64,000 nucleotides of DNA from a virus. Within the stretch, counting starts at the first letter, position 1, and every line of letters begins with the position of its first letter. Of this stretch, positions 27,407 to 38,064 are shown piece after piece. The stretch spans positions 14,865-78,864 of IMG/VR virus record IMGVR_UViG_3300025108_000028, one strand, 5' to 3'. The translations under genes and the position numbers were made by a program. Below the pieces are notes generated by a model. The model ran no database searches and had not been told where the DNA came from. It saw only the letters and a program-made list of their open reading frames with translations.

Positions 27407-29026
27407 ATGGCAACTCCAGTTTTAAATAATGGGATTTTCCTACGTGATACAAGCTATAAAGCTAGTTCTCATGTTGATTCTTATCACCTTACCCAAATGC
27501 TTGGATCTTCTGAGCCTATGGATATGGGACCAATTGATTTATGGGCTATGACCCAAAAGGTAGAAATGCCTTTATATCAAATGGCTTCTTTTGGTGGAAA
27601 GAATACAATATTAGTAGACAATGCTAGAGGTGAGTACAAGTGGCAAACTCCTATTGCACAAGATCTACCTTACATAGTAGCAGACATTGAACCAGCTAAT
27701 GATAGCAAAGGTATTGATGGAACTCTATTTAAAATTAAGATCAACAAAAGAACATTTGGACATGGTGACATTATTACTTATGATAAGTATAATGGACTTG
27801 AACTTTACATCACAGCTGATGATATTATCCCAGCAGGTGACGGTTTTGTTTACACTGTTCAATTAGTTAACAACAACAACGCAGCAATCTTAGATAACAA
27901 GTATCTTGCAAAAGGAACTAAGTTCTTTAGAAAAGGTTCTGCAAGAGGTGAGTATGGAGAAAGATTCTCTGATATTGAAACAGGTTCTGGTTTCCGTGAA
28001 TTCTACAACTTTGTAGGAGGAGCTGAAGCACATGTACACTATTCAGTATCTTCAAGAGCAGACTTAATGATCAAAGGCGGATTGAACGCTGATGGTACAG
28101 TACCTGTAACTGAAATTTGGAGAAACTTTAATACTGACCCTAACAATCCATCTGTACCTAGTATTGAAGGATTAGTAGCTAATATGGGTAAAGCAGGTGC
28201 TAGAGAAGCGTTTGAAAATGGAAGTTTGACAAGAACATTCATTACAAATATGGAAGCAGCACACTTATCTAAAATTGCTACGGATATTGAAACTTACCTT
28301 ATGTGGGGTAAAGGTGGTAGAATTAAGCAAGATGGACCAGATGATATTAGATTATCTGTAGGTTTATGGTCACAGTTAGATAACTCTTTCAAGAGAGTAT
28401 ATAACAAGTCATCATTTACTCTTGACATGTTTAAGTCTGAGCTTTACAACTTCTATCAAGGTAAAGTTGAATTCAAAGGACCAGACCCACAAAGATCACT
28501 TGTTGTACAAACAGGTATTGGTGGTATGCAACTAATCAACAAAGCAATTGCTGATGAAGTGTATGGTTCTGGTTTAGTACAAAATGCATCTGACATTGGA
28601 GCTGTTAAAGGTTCTGGTATGGATTTAGATTATGGTTTTGCTTACACAAGCTTTACTATTCCTTTCTTAGCTAACGTTAAGTTTGTATTGAATCCAGCAT
28701 TTGATAACTTAAATACTAATGACATTGAGAATCCATTAATTGACGGAAGACCTCTAAGTTCATATAGCTTTATTATCTTTGATGTTACTGATGAAGGAAA
28801 TGACAACATTCACTTGTTGAAACTTTCTTGGGATAATCAACTTAAGTGGTTCTACCAAAATGGTACTATGGACTACATGGGAAGAACTCAAGGGTTTGCA
28901 TCTTCTGGTAACTTTAATGGATATAGAGTATACATGACTCAGACCATGCCAGCAATATGGGTTAAAGATCCAACCAAAGTTCTTAAAATTGTAATGAGAA
29001 ACCCTGTTACAGGAGGATCATTCTAA
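27407..29026 (+). CDS. Major capsid protein
   Basis: 539 aa; position, strong terminator, LMWGKGG and VQTGIGG motifs typical of crAss-like MCP. Confidence 0.88.
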   Translation: MATPVLNNGIFLRDTSYKASSHVDSYHLTQMLGSSEPMDMGPIDLWAMTQKVEMPLYQMASFGGKNTILVDNARGEYKWQTPIAQDLPYIVADIEPANDSKGIDGTLFKIKINKRTFGHGDIITYDKYNGLELYITADDIIPAGDGFVYTVQLVNNNNAAILDNKYLAKGTKFFRKGSARGEYGERFSDIETGSGFREFYNFVGGAEAHVHYSVSSRADLMIKGGLNADGTVPVTEIWRNFNTDPNNPSVPSIEGLVANMGKAGAREAFENGSLTRTFITNMEAAHLSKIATDIETYLMWGKGGRIKQDGPDDIRLSVGLWSQLDNSFKRVYNKSSFTLDMFKSELYNFYQGKVEFKGPDPQRSLVVQTGIGGMQLINKAIADEVYGSGLVQNASDIGAVKGSGMDLDYGFAYTSFTIPFLANVKFVLNPAFDNLNTNDIENPLIDGRPLSSYSFIIFDVTDEGNDNIHLLKLSWDNQLKWFYQNGTMDYMGRTQGFASSGNFNGYRVYMTQTMPAIWVKDPTKVLKIVMRNPVTGGSF

Positions 29027-29038
29027 GAACTATAATTA

Positions 29039-29069
29039 AAGGGGAGGGGCTAATACCTCCTCCCTTTTT
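29039..29069 (+). terminator. Intrinsic terminator
   Basis: GGGGAGGGG/CCTCCTCCC hairpin with T-tract. Confidence 0.75.
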
Positions 29070-29095
29070 ATTTTTAACCTTTAAATATAATAATA

Positions 29096-29335
29096 ATGGG
29101 AGCACCAAAACAAATAACTAAGTTGAAGCAACAATTTGAAAGCCCAGCTTATGACGGTGTATCAAGAGCAGAAACAGGAAATGCTAGATTGCTACATGTA
29201 AATGAAGTAATTAGTTGGGTACGTGATGTAGCCAGTTCTGATTCATACGCTGATGAAGCGGCAGCAGTAGCAGCCGGTTTAAAAAAAGGTGATATATATC
29301 ATACAGAAGGAGCTTTAAAAATTGTTATAGGATAA
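29096..29335 (+). CDS. Small structural/decoration protein candidate
   Basis: C-terminal YADEAAAVAAGL..GDIYHT.GALKIV motif. Confidence 0.55.
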   Translation: MGAPKQITKLKQQFESPAYDGVSRAETGNARLLHVNEVISWVRDVASSDSYADEAAAVAAGLKKGDIYHTEGALKIVIG

Positions 29336-29452
29336 AAGTCAAAAAACTTTAGCAAGGGTAAAACCTTGCTTTAGAAATTAGTAATAATAAATGTACATAA
29401 ATATGTACTTTTGACTGTGAGTAATAATTATTAATTAAAACCAAAAACAAAG

Positions 29453-30469
29453 ATGAGTGATTACACTATTGTAGAAAAGTATCAACAGAAGAAAAATCAA
29501 ACTGTTGCTGTACGTCCATTTTTTAATCCCAATAGAGAAAACATGGGGTTAGAAAAGTATGGTCTATCATTACATGATGGAGTATACCATGAAGAGTCTT
29601 TAGCATGTTTAGAAATGAACGGTGTTAAAAGATATGTAACAGGATTAAACGAATTTGCACCTGAAGTAAAAAAGCTAGCACCAAAAGAAAAAAAGGCTAA
29701 GATTAAAGAAATTAGATCAGTAGTTGCTGAATTAGAAGCATCTCTTGCTGCTAATGTGGTTGATCCAGATGATAAAGACTTTTGGAATAACTTAACCATT
29801 ATGAGCCCTAATAATGATAAATTTTGGGACAAGATTAGTATAAGATGTGGTAATGAGCCAGTATTTTTAGATCCAGAATTAGACCCTTATGATAGAATTA
29901 AACTTCATGCAATTAAGGCAGGAGGATTTTCTATTGTTGCTAAATCTTTAAAAGATGCTAAGGCTAGCCCTAAAGGAGTTAAGTTCTATTTGGATACTTT
30001 AGAAGAATCATTAACTACAAGAACTGAATTAACGAAAGTTAGAAATAAAGCATTAGTAGAATTACAAACAATGTTTGATAGTAATCCAACTAAGTTAATG
30101 TATGTTTCTAAAATATGCGATGTCAATAGTGTACAGTATGTTAAATCAACACCTAATGATATACTATATGAGAACATGGATGATTACATTCAAGGACATG
30201 GTAGTGAATCAAATAAGAAAAGAGCAGCTCAAAACTTTCTAGATGTTGCAACACTATCAATGGAAGAAATAAAGCTAAGAGCTCTTATTAAAGATGCATT
30301 GTTTTATAGATTTTTAGCTACAAAAGCAGGTGGATGGATTGAGCCTTTAGATAGTGGAGTAAGGTTAGGTAAATCACCGGGAGAGTGTCTTACATTCTTA
30401 ATGGATCCTAAAAATGAAGAAACATTATTATCCTTAATGCAAAAAATTGAACCATACTGGAATTCATAA
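29453..30469 (+). CDS. Conserved crAss-like capsid-block protein
   Basis: 338 aa; RYVTGLNE, D.FW, FLDP..DP.D; synteny after MCP. Confidence 0.65.
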   Translation: MSDYTIVEKYQQKKNQTVAVRPFFNPNRENMGLEKYGLSLHDGVYHEESLACLEMNGVKRYVTGLNEFAPEVKKLAPKEKKAKIKEIRSVVAELEASLAANVVDPDDKDFWNNLTIMSPNNDKFWDKISIRCGNEPVFLDPELDPYDRIKLHAIKAGGFSIVAKSLKDAKASPKGVKFYLDTLEESLTTRTELTKVRNKALVELQTMFDSNPTKLMYVSKICDVNSVQYVKSTPNDILYENMDDYIQGHGSESNKKRAAQNFLDVATLSMEEIKLRALIKDALFYRFLATKAGGWIEPLDSGVRLGKSPGECLTFLMDPKNEETLLSLMQKIEPYWNS

Positions 30470-30479
30470 AAAATAAAAA

Positions 30480-31181
30480 ATGGAAAATAATACTCTACTT
30501 GTAAAACTAAAACAGCGTCTAAACAAATTAGATAGCCAAGATTTTGACAATGTTGAATGCTGGCAATTTGTTGAAGCTTTTAATAAAGCTCAAGTTGAAT
30601 GGTGTAGAAGAAATTTGCATGGGGGTAATATGTATAAAGAAGGAGATGAATTATCTAAAAGAAGAATAGATGATTTGCAACCTCTTCTCATTGAATTATC
30701 TTTAACAGGTAATGATTTTCCAGATTATTTTGAAACAGATAATTTTCCTATAGATCAATATATGGAATTTAAGAGAGTGACAACACAAGCCAAAGATGAT
30801 TGTTGTACGCCTAGGTCAATGACAGTATATTTAGCAGAAGAAGCTAATGTACCACTTATTATGAGAGACCCTCTTAAAAACCCTGATTTTGAATGGGGAG
30901 AGACATTCTGCACAATGATTAATAATACAATAAGGATATACAAAAGAAATTTTGATATTGTAAATCCTGTTCTTACTTACTACAGACAACCAACTATTAT
31001 GCAAATAGAAGGTTGTGTAAATCCATATAGTGGGCAAGTAAGTCCTGTAGATGTTGAGTGTGAATTTAAAGATGATTTAGTAGAAGTAATCCTTGATGAT
31101 ACAGCTGCGTTAATTGCAGGTGATATTGAAAATCTGTATCAGCAGCAAAGAGGAATGCAATCTGCAGAAAGAAATAATTAA
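30480..31181 (+). CDS. Head-tail adaptor/ring protein
   Basis: NKLDS, FNKAQ..W, RIDDLQ.L, LTYYRQP, CEF pattern. Confidence 0.65.
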   Translation: MENNTLLVKLKQRLNKLDSQDFDNVECWQFVEAFNKAQVEWCRRNLHGGNMYKEGDELSKRRIDDLQPLLIELSLTGNDFPDYFETDNFPIDQYMEFKRVTTQAKDDCCTPRSMTVYLAEEANVPLIMRDPLKNPDFEWGETFCTMINNTIRIYKRNFDIVNPVLTYYRQPTIMQIEGCVNPYSGQVSPVDVECEFKDDLVEVILDDTAALIAGDIENLYQQQRGMQSAERNN

Positions 31182-31306
31182 TTTATGTTTTTAGTTTAAA
31201 AAAGCGTATATTATTATAGTAACAAGAAAGTTACGGACAGAGTAAACTGTAAAAATCTTTTTTTATAACCAGTGAGGGTAATGGTCCTCACACAATTTTA
31301 TTTATT

Positions 31307-32527
31307 ATGGCATATTTTAATAATGCGTTTCAAAAAACGTTTGTAGCATCATCAGTTGATATGGCTGGTAGTTCTGCAACAAGTGTACTTACCGCAGGTG
31401 AGTTAGCTCTAGTTGATGGCAAAGATTGGAAGTCACTAAGTATTACAAGTCAAGCAACTCCTGCAGCAGGAGATTTAGCTTATGTAGTACAAGGTTCTTT
31501 CTATACTAAAGATTCAATTGGAAATAACCCTGGTCATGGTGGTTACAAAGAATCAGTAAAATCAAAAGGAATCAATCCTAGATATATTACTAGATTATGG
31601 TCAGCAGCATGTTTAACTGCATCACAAGCAACAGCTAGTTTATCTTTAGCTTCTGATTGTGCACCATGTGGTAAAACACAATTTATGAGAATTGATGTAA
31701 AGGGTTCACCTGCATTAAGATTCTTAAATCACAATGCTTATGCAATTGGAGATTCAGCAAATATTTGCTGTGTTGAAGGACAAGAGTATATTGATCCAGT
31801 ATTAGTAGCTGCAACAATGGCTCAAATGGTATTAGCAGATCCGTTAATCAAGCCTTTTGTAGCTGAGAAACAAGGTGGTGGTGTAGATGTAACTGTTACA
31901 GAAGCAGGAGTAGCTACAACAACTACAATAACTATAGCAGAAGCATTAGACGGAACATATGTTCCATCAACTGATCCAACTGGTGTTAAAGCAGTATCTG
32001 TAAAAGTTAATTTTGTAGGAGCTTATGTTGACACAGTATTTGGAAATTGTTCTTTTGATACAAGAGATCACTTCAATGCTGAGCCAGTAGAAGTTCTTGT
32101 TTCTTTACTTGATGAAACTGGAAACCCATGTAATGATTGTGGAGTTGCTACAGCAACACCAGGTTCTATGCAACAAACACAAGGTGAAGAAGTAATTAGA
32201 GAATTAATTTTATCTGAAAGATACCGTCAATCTCCTTATAACCAAGGAAATGCTGACAGTGCTAGAATCAGAGAAATTGAAATGTCTGATGAAATCTTAG
32301 CTGCTGTTGATAGATCTTCAACATACAAAGCATATTACATTCAGCATTCTGTACCAAGATTCAATAATCCTACTGGAGTATTTGATAATGATCAGTATAT
32401 TTACAAAGTATATGTAAAATGTAGTGATACAGAAGCACAATCTCAAATGGTTGCGTTTATGGAATTATTGCAAGATTGGGCAGCTGATAATGGCAACAAT
32501 TTAGCATTTGACCAAAATGACTACTAA
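31307..32527 (+). CDS. Abundant structural protein (auxiliary capsid protein candidate)
   Basis: 406 aa with its own promoter, structured leader and terminator. Confidence 0.55.
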   Translation: MAYFNNAFQKTFVASSVDMAGSSATSVLTAGELALVDGKDWKSLSITSQATPAAGDLAYVVQGSFYTKDSIGNNPGHGGYKESVKSKGINPRYITRLWSAACLTASQATASLSLASDCAPCGKTQFMRIDVKGSPALRFLNHNAYAIGDSANICCVEGQEYIDPVLVAATMAQMVLADPLIKPFVAEKQGGGVDVTVTEAGVATTTTITIAEALDGTYVPSTDPTGVKAVSVKVNFVGAYVDTVFGNCSFDTRDHFNAEPVEVLVSLLDETGNPCNDCGVATATPGSMQQTQGEEVIRELILSERYRQSPYNQGNADSARIREIEMSDEILAAVDRSSTYKAYYIQHSVPRFNNPTGVFDNDQYIYKVYVKCSDTEAQSQMVAFMELLQDWAADNGNNLAFDQNDY

Positions 32528-32555
32528 TTAGTAAATAGTTAGTTTGTTAATTAAT

Positions 32556-32586
32556 AAGGGTGGGAGAGAAATCTCCTGCCCTTTTT
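32556..32586 (+). terminator. Intrinsic terminator
   Basis: GGGTGGGAGA-GAAA-TCTCCTGCCC with T-tract. Confidence 0.8.
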
Positions 32587-32647
32587 ATTTTATATTGTCT
32601 AGATTTTTTTGTATATTATTTATATAGTATTTATAAATAAAACAAAA

Positions 32648-33208
32648 ATGGCAAACAGACATATTTTAAGCCTTGAAATACCAACAGTATCTAATTGTAA
32701 TTTGTTATGTATAAAAGATACAAGTCAGTATTCTGAGAACCTTGCGGTTGAATGTGAGGAGTTGCTTATTACTTTGCCAGGTTATTCTGTGCCTGTACTT
32801 ATAAAAGTAGATAAAGATTTTGACATGTGTTTAACTGCATGTACGCTTGCTTTGCAATCAGAGAATTGTGGTACAGAACAACAAAATATTCCTGACGGTA
32901 TATACATTATACGGTACAGTGTATCACCAAATTCAAAAGTGTATGTTGAATATAATCATTTAAGAGTAACAAAATTATTGTCTCAGTATTATGAAGTATT
33001 ATGTGACTTAGATGTACATCCTTGTCAACCTGATTCTGATAAAGCTGAACTACTTTCTGAAATGAGTTATATAAGAACAATGATAGATGCTGCAGTTTCA
33101 AACGTAGAATACTGTCAATCACCTGCACAAGGAATGCAGATATATAATTATGCAAAGCAAAGATTAAATAAAATTACATGCCCTAATGGGAATTGTGGTT
33201 CAAAATAA
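32648..33208 (+). CDS. Cys-containing structural protein
   Basis: Likely start ATG 32648 (MANRHILSL); IPDGIY.IRYSVSPN. Confidence 0.65.
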   Translation: MANRHILSLEIPTVSNCNLLCIKDTSQYSENLAVECEELLITLPGYSVPVLIKVDKDFDMCLTACTLALQSENCGTEQQNIPDGIYIIRYSVSPNSKVYVEYNHLRVTKLLSQYYEVLCDLDVHPCQPDSDKAELLSEMSYIRTMIDAAVSNVEYCQSPAQGMQIYNYAKQRLNKITCPNGNCGSK

Positions 33209-33229
33209 TATAACATAAACCAATTAGTT

Positions 33230-33400
33230 ATGAGTAACTGTAATATATGTGGAAGAAGATTTACTTGTGGATGTCAAAAGGCATATGATGAAAATGGTGC
33301 AGCAGTATGTAAATCATGCAAGCCTGTAAAACAAGCATCAACAAATACATTAAGTAGAGAACTTGCACAGCAAAAAATTATGGATTTGAAATCTAAATAA
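33230..33400 (+). CDS. Small Cys-rich protein (56 aa, not in ORF track)
   Basis: MSNCNICGRRFTCGCQK...VCKSC; TAATG overlap with next gene. Confidence 0.65.
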   Translation: MSNCNICGRRFTCGCQKAYDENGAAVCKSCKPVKQASTNTLSRELAQQKIMDLKSK

Positions 33401-33939
33401 TGAGTACTACAAGAGAAATAACAAATGCAAACCAGGTAAGCAATGTTGCCTTAATGAAAGAAATTAAGATTGAGCAAAATTTTGCTAATCAAGCTTATGC
33501 TAATTTTAAGTCAGTTAAGTTTGGTATTGAAGCATGCTGCTATACAGATTTTGTAAGTGCAACATTAAAAAAAGATATATGTGATTGGCAAAACTCTATA
33601 AGTAATAAGCTTGTAGTAGCAACAGAAACACCAGGTGTATTTGTAGAGCCATTAGCAAAAGTAAATCTTAAAGCTAGTGTAAGTTGTCCAGAAACACCTA
33701 CCGGTGTTTGTACAATATTAGATTTAGAAGAAATAATACAGGATACAGGAACATATACACAATGCTTTGAAAAGGCATCTAGTGTATGGACTGTAACTCA
33801 TAATTTAGGAAGTTTTCCGTCAGTTACTGTTGTAGATAGTGGAAATACAGTAGTAGTGGGAGACGTAGATTATATAAGTTCACAACAATTAAGAATAACA
33901 TTTGCAGCCTCTTTTTCAGGGTGCGTCTTTTTAAATTAA
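33400..33939 (+). CDS. Tail/fibre-associated protein
   Basis: C-terminal WTVTHNLG.FPSVTVVDS module. Confidence 0.6.
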   Translation: MSTTREITNANQVSNVALMKEIKIEQNFANQAYANFKSVKFGIEACCYTDFVSATLKKDICDWQNSISNKLVVATETPGVFVEPLAKVNLKASVSCPETPTGVCTILDLEEIIQDTGTYTQCFEKASSVWTVTHNLGSFPSVTVVDSGNTVVVGDVDYISSQQLRITFAASFSGCVFLN

Positions 33940-33973
33940 ATAACTAAAATAAATAACAAATAAATAAAACAAA

Positions 33974-36379
33974 ATGGCAGTACAATTTTTAACAGGACTA
34001 GATGTCCAAGGAAATTTAAATCTGAATGATAATCAAATACAAAATGTTATTATTCAGCCTCTTGGCGCTGACCCGTCAGGAATTGCAGGTAAAATCTATT
34101 ATAACTCTGGTACAAATAAACTAAAATTATATGATGGTTCTGCCTGGGTAGATATAACAACAGGTGCAGATGGTAATACAACTTATGACTTAACAGCAAC
34201 AGGATCTGGTAACGGAACTGCAACATTAAATTTAGTTGCTTCAAATCCAGCTAGTACTGATGCAATAGTATATACAGGTTCAGGTACAACTACAGTAACA
34301 CGTGCTGGTTCTACATTCACTATTAATTCAGCTGATCAATATGTTGGTACAGTTACAGATGTAGTAAAAGGTAAAGGAATTAGTATTACAGGTACCACAA
34401 CTGTAACACCAACTGTAAGTATTAATTATGTCGGTAATGGTAATGCAATCTTAGAGGCTGTTTCACAAAGTCCAAATTCAGAAGACTATTTATGGTTTTC
34501 ATCTGCAGATGATAAAAATATCTACAAGACTACAATTGATAAAATGCCAGGCTTTGGTAAAGATGGAACAGTTACTTCTATAGCGTCTGGAGCTGGTTTA
34601 ACTGGCGGTCCAATCACTGCATCAGGAACATTAGAAGTTGATTATGCAGGAACAGATAACGTTGTATTAGCAGCAGGTGATGGAACACTTGTCACTTTAG
34701 ATGGAGCAGATAAAGTTTTATTTTCTGATGATACAGATAGCAATGCTAAATTTGCAAACTTATCTCAAGTAGCAACTTATATTAATGCAGGTGCAGGTTC
34801 TGTAACTTCTATAGATGTAAGTGGTGGAACTACTGGTTTAACAACAAGCGGTGGTCCAATTACAACTAGCGGAACAATTACACTAGCTGGTGTACTAAAT
34901 GAAGTAAATGGAGGTACAGGATTAAATAAATATATTAAAGGAGATATATTATTTGCAGATGCTGCAAATTCTTTAGCTAAATTAGCAATTGGTGGAAGCG
35001 GGCAAAGACTTGCTGTTTCTTCAACAGGTGTAGTAGAATGGGTTAATGACTCTGGATCAGGTGTAACAAGTATTGAAATAACTGAAACAGGTAATGCATT
35101 AACAATTACAGGTGGACCAATTACTACTTCAGGTACAATTAATATTGCTGGAGCAGGTTCATCAAGTCAGGTAATCCTTGGTGATTTAACTTTAGGAACT
35201 TACACAACCGGTACAGTAACAAGTGTTGGCACAGGTGCAGGTCTTAAAGGTGGAACAATAACGGCAACAGGTACAGTTGAAGTTGATTATGGTATAACTG
35301 GTCTTATAGAAGATGCTCCACAAATGGCACAAGGACCAAAGAAAGATGACTTAATATTAATACAAGATGTATCAAGTGGTAAAGGTGAAACAGTTAAACA
35401 ACCACTAGCAAAGGTTTCATTATCTTTATTTGAGGCCCCTTTTGCTGATTTAGACTTTGCATCTTTCAAAGTTACATCTCTAGCAAATGGTACAGGATCA
35501 AAAGATGCAGTTAACTTAGGACAAGTACAAGCACTTGTAGCTGGAGTTGGTGTATTCCAAGGTGGATATGATGCAGCAGCAAACTCACCAGCAATAGCAG
35601 GAGCAAGTAACATTGCCCTAACAACTGGAGATTTCTTTGTTGTTACTAAAGACGGTACTATATCATTTAATGGAAGTACAGTAGACGTAGAGGTTGGAGA
35701 TACAATTTATGCTAATCAAGCAATTGGTGCAGGTAGCAATCCTCCTGCTTCAGATTATGCTATTGTTATTCAAGATCAAAACATTGCAGGAGTAGGTGCA
35801 ACAGATGGGGCAACCGAAAAAGGTGTGGCTGGATTTAGTAGTGCAACTTTTGCTGGTACAGCAAATGGATTTATTACTGTTAAAGCAGGTGGAATTAGTG
35901 ATGCACAACTAGCAAGCACATTTAACAAACAGATTGGTACTAGTACAAATCTTGATACAGCTGATGTAGACGTTGTAGATCAGATTAATGTTACTGATGG
36001 TGTTATTACATCAATGAGTAAAAGAACATTACCTAATGCTGCAACAGGATCAGTTGGTGTGACAGAGATTGCAACACAAGCTGAAGTTGATGCAGGAACA
36101 GATACATTTAGATATGTAACTCCAGCAACATTAGCAAAAGCTCAAGCAAAAAGATCTTACACAGCTACTGGGCCAGGAATTGTTACAAATAGTTTTGTGA
36201 TTAAACAATCAGATCATAAATTAGGTAACGGACCTTGGATCATTCAAACTTATGATCCTAAAGGAGTACAAGTATTTATGCATGTTCTTGCAGATCAAGC
36301 TTCAGGAGATATAACATTTAGTGCAACTAATAATTTAGGTGTAAATACTATTACTGTAGTAATGCAGCTTGTAGGATAA
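33974..36379 (+). CDS. Fibre protein 1
   Basis: Repeated GTVTSV..G.GL.GG.IT.SGT, DAVNLGQ, ATQAEVDAGTD..VTPATL. Confidence 0.8.
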   Translation: MAVQFLTGLDVQGNLNLNDNQIQNVIIQPLGADPSGIAGKIYYNSGTNKLKLYDGSAWVDITTGADGNTTYDLTATGSGNGTATLNLVASNPASTDAIVYTGSGTTTVTRAGSTFTINSADQYVGTVTDVVKGKGISITGTTTVTPTVSINYVGNGNAILEAVSQSPNSEDYLWFSSADDKNIYKTTIDKMPGFGKDGTVTSIASGAGLTGGPITASGTLEVDYAGTDNVVLAAGDGTLVTLDGADKVLFSDDTDSNAKFANLSQVATYINAGAGSVTSIDVSGGTTGLTTSGGPITTSGTITLAGVLNEVNGGTGLNKYIKGDILFADAANSLAKLAIGGSGQRLAVSSTGVVEWVNDSGSGVTSIEITETGNALTITGGPITTSGTINIAGAGSSSQVILGDLTLGTYTTGTVTSVGTGAGLKGGTITATGTVEVDYGITGLIEDAPQMAQGPKKDDLILIQDVSSGKGETVKQPLAKVSLSLFEAPFADLDFASFKVTSLANGTGSKDAVNLGQVQALVAGVGVFQGGYDAAANSPAIAGASNIALTTGDFFVVTKDGTISFNGSTVDVEVGDTIYANQAIGAGSNPPASDYAIVIQDQNIAGVGATDGATEKGVAGFSSATFAGTANGFITVKAGGISDAQLASTFNKQIGTSTNLDTADVDVVDQINVTDGVITSMSKRTLPNAATGSVGVTEIATQAEVDAGTDTFRYVTPATLAKAQAKRSYTATGPGIVTNSFVIKQSDHKLGNGPWIIQTYDPKGVQVFMHVLADQASGDITFSATNNLGVNTITVVMQLVG

Positions 36380-36395
36380 TAAAGAGTAGAATTTA

Positions 36396-36441
36396 AAGGG
36401 GAAGCATTTAAATCTAGAATTTAGTGTTTCCCCTTTTTTTT
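36396..36441 (+). terminator. Intrinsic terminator
   Basis: GGGGAAGCAT/GTGTTTCCCC stem with T8. Confidence 0.75.
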
Positions 36442-36476
36442 AAAATATGTATATTGCAAACAAAGAATAAAATGTC

Positions 36477-38063
36477 ATGGCTATAAGTTTTTTATCTTCA
36501 ATAGAAATAAACGGATCATCCACTGTTACTAGTATAGCGAATGATAACAGTTCATACACTGGTATATTAGTATGGGATGGTGCAGCATTGAAGTATAGAA
36601 CCAAAGCACAGCTTTTATCAGATATTGGTGCGGGTTCAGGATCAGGTACTGTAACTTCAGTTACTGTTACAGGTTCTAATGGTTTATCTGGTACAGGAAC
36701 AATTACATCAAGTGGAACAATAACCTTATCAAATAGTGATAGAGGTTCAGCTCAAAACATATTTAAAAATATTGCAGCAGCTGGTCAATCTAATATTGTT
36801 GCAGATAACAACAATGATACACTTACATTTAAAGCAGGTAGTAATATTACAATAAAAACTGACACAAGTACAGATACTATTGAGATTATTGCTAAAGATA
36901 CAACAACAAACTATTATTTAAGCTCTGCATCTTTTAATACAGGTAATGGAGTATTAACACTTAATAGATCTGGACTCAGTGCAGTAACAGTTGACCTTGA
37001 CGGAAGATATGCTACAAGCTCTGGTGTTACTTCTATAGCTACTACAAATGGTATTACTGGTGGTACAATAACCTCAACGGGTACAATTCAACTAGATAGC
37101 ACTGTTATAAGAACTACAGGTAATCAAACTAAAGCAGGAAACTTAACATTAAGCAATTCATTAACTGTAACAAGTGATATACTTGGTGATGATTTAAGAT
37201 GTAGATCAGGACAACAACTTGTTCTTAACGCAGGTGAATCACATAATTACCCTACTGGCCAAACAAATGAGTTTGTTTATATAAATGCTGAATCAGGATT
37301 GCAGATAAACTCTTCTCCTGATAATTGGAATAGTGGATGGGCAGGAAGAAAAACAACAACAATAAATGATACAAGTGGTAATTCTACTTTTGCTAATGAT
37401 ATAACAGTATCAGGTGGTGATATTACTCTTGGTGGTACAGGAAGAATACAAGGAGTAGATACAGTTTCATCTGGTACAGATGCAACAAGTAAAACATATG
37501 TAGATAATGCTATAAGCAATCATAGACCTTCAGCACCAGGTGCTCCAGGTAATGTATCAGCTTCTGTAGTTGGCCAAACAATAGAAGTTGTATTTGGTAA
37601 ATCAACAACAAATAATATAGATTACTATCAAGTTTGGTCATCAGATGATGGTGCAGACTTTGGTATTATAGGTCAAGTACCAGTAGATGATTTTTCTGGT
37701 ACAATGACAATTGTAGACACTACATTTAATACTAGTGGTACAATGTCATACAGAGTATATGCTGTTAAAGAGGGTATATATTCAAGTCCTACTTTAGTAA
37801 GTCAAGCATTTACTGCAGGTGCACTGTCTGTTATTAATATGTCAGTGATACAGTTGCCATCTGCATATTATGTTCAATATGATTTGCCCTTATCAAGGTT
37901 TATAGATCATATAGAAATATATATGGATTCAGCAGCAACTCAAGGTGCACTATCAAGATCTAATGCATCTTTAGTTTATAGTGGAATGAATTCAACTTAT
38001 ATGCATGCTGTAGGAGCAAATAGAAATTTTCACCAGTTTTGGGTAGAAGTAATAACAACATAA
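36477..38063 (+). CDS. Fibre protein 2 with C-terminal Fn3/Ig-like domain
   Basis: GTVTSV repeats, VDLDGRY, DATSKTYVD, APGAPGNV...YRVYAV. Confidence 0.78.
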   Translation: MAISFLSSIEINGSSTVTSIANDNSSYTGILVWDGAALKYRTKAQLLSDIGAGSGSGTVTSVTVTGSNGLSGTGTITSSGTITLSNSDRGSAQNIFKNIAAAGQSNIVADNNNDTLTFKAGSNITIKTDTSTDTIEIIAKDTTTNYYLSSASFNTGNGVLTLNRSGLSAVTVDLDGRYATSSGVTSIATTNGITGGTITSTGTIQLDSTVIRTTGNQTKAGNLTLSNSLTVTSDILGDDLRCRSGQQLVLNAGESHNYPTGQTNEFVYINAESGLQINSSPDNWNSGWAGRKTTTINDTSGNSTFANDITVSGGDITLGGTGRIQGVDTVSSGTDATSKTYVDNAISNHRPSAPGAPGNVSASVVGQTIEVVFGKSTTNNIDYYQVWSSDDGADFGIIGQVPVDDFSGTMTIVDTTFNTSGTMSYRVYAVKEGIYSSPTLVSQAFTAGALSVINMSVIQLPSAYYVQYDLPLSRFIDHIEIYMDSAATQGALSRSNASLVYSGMNSTYMHAVGANRNFHQFWVEVITT

Positions 38064-38064
38064 G

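Noticed and set aside
20967-29026. Introns or inteins in terminase, portal or capsid genes
   Set aside because: ORFs are continuous, sizes are ordinary, and no intein end motifs or homing-endonuclease inserts were seen
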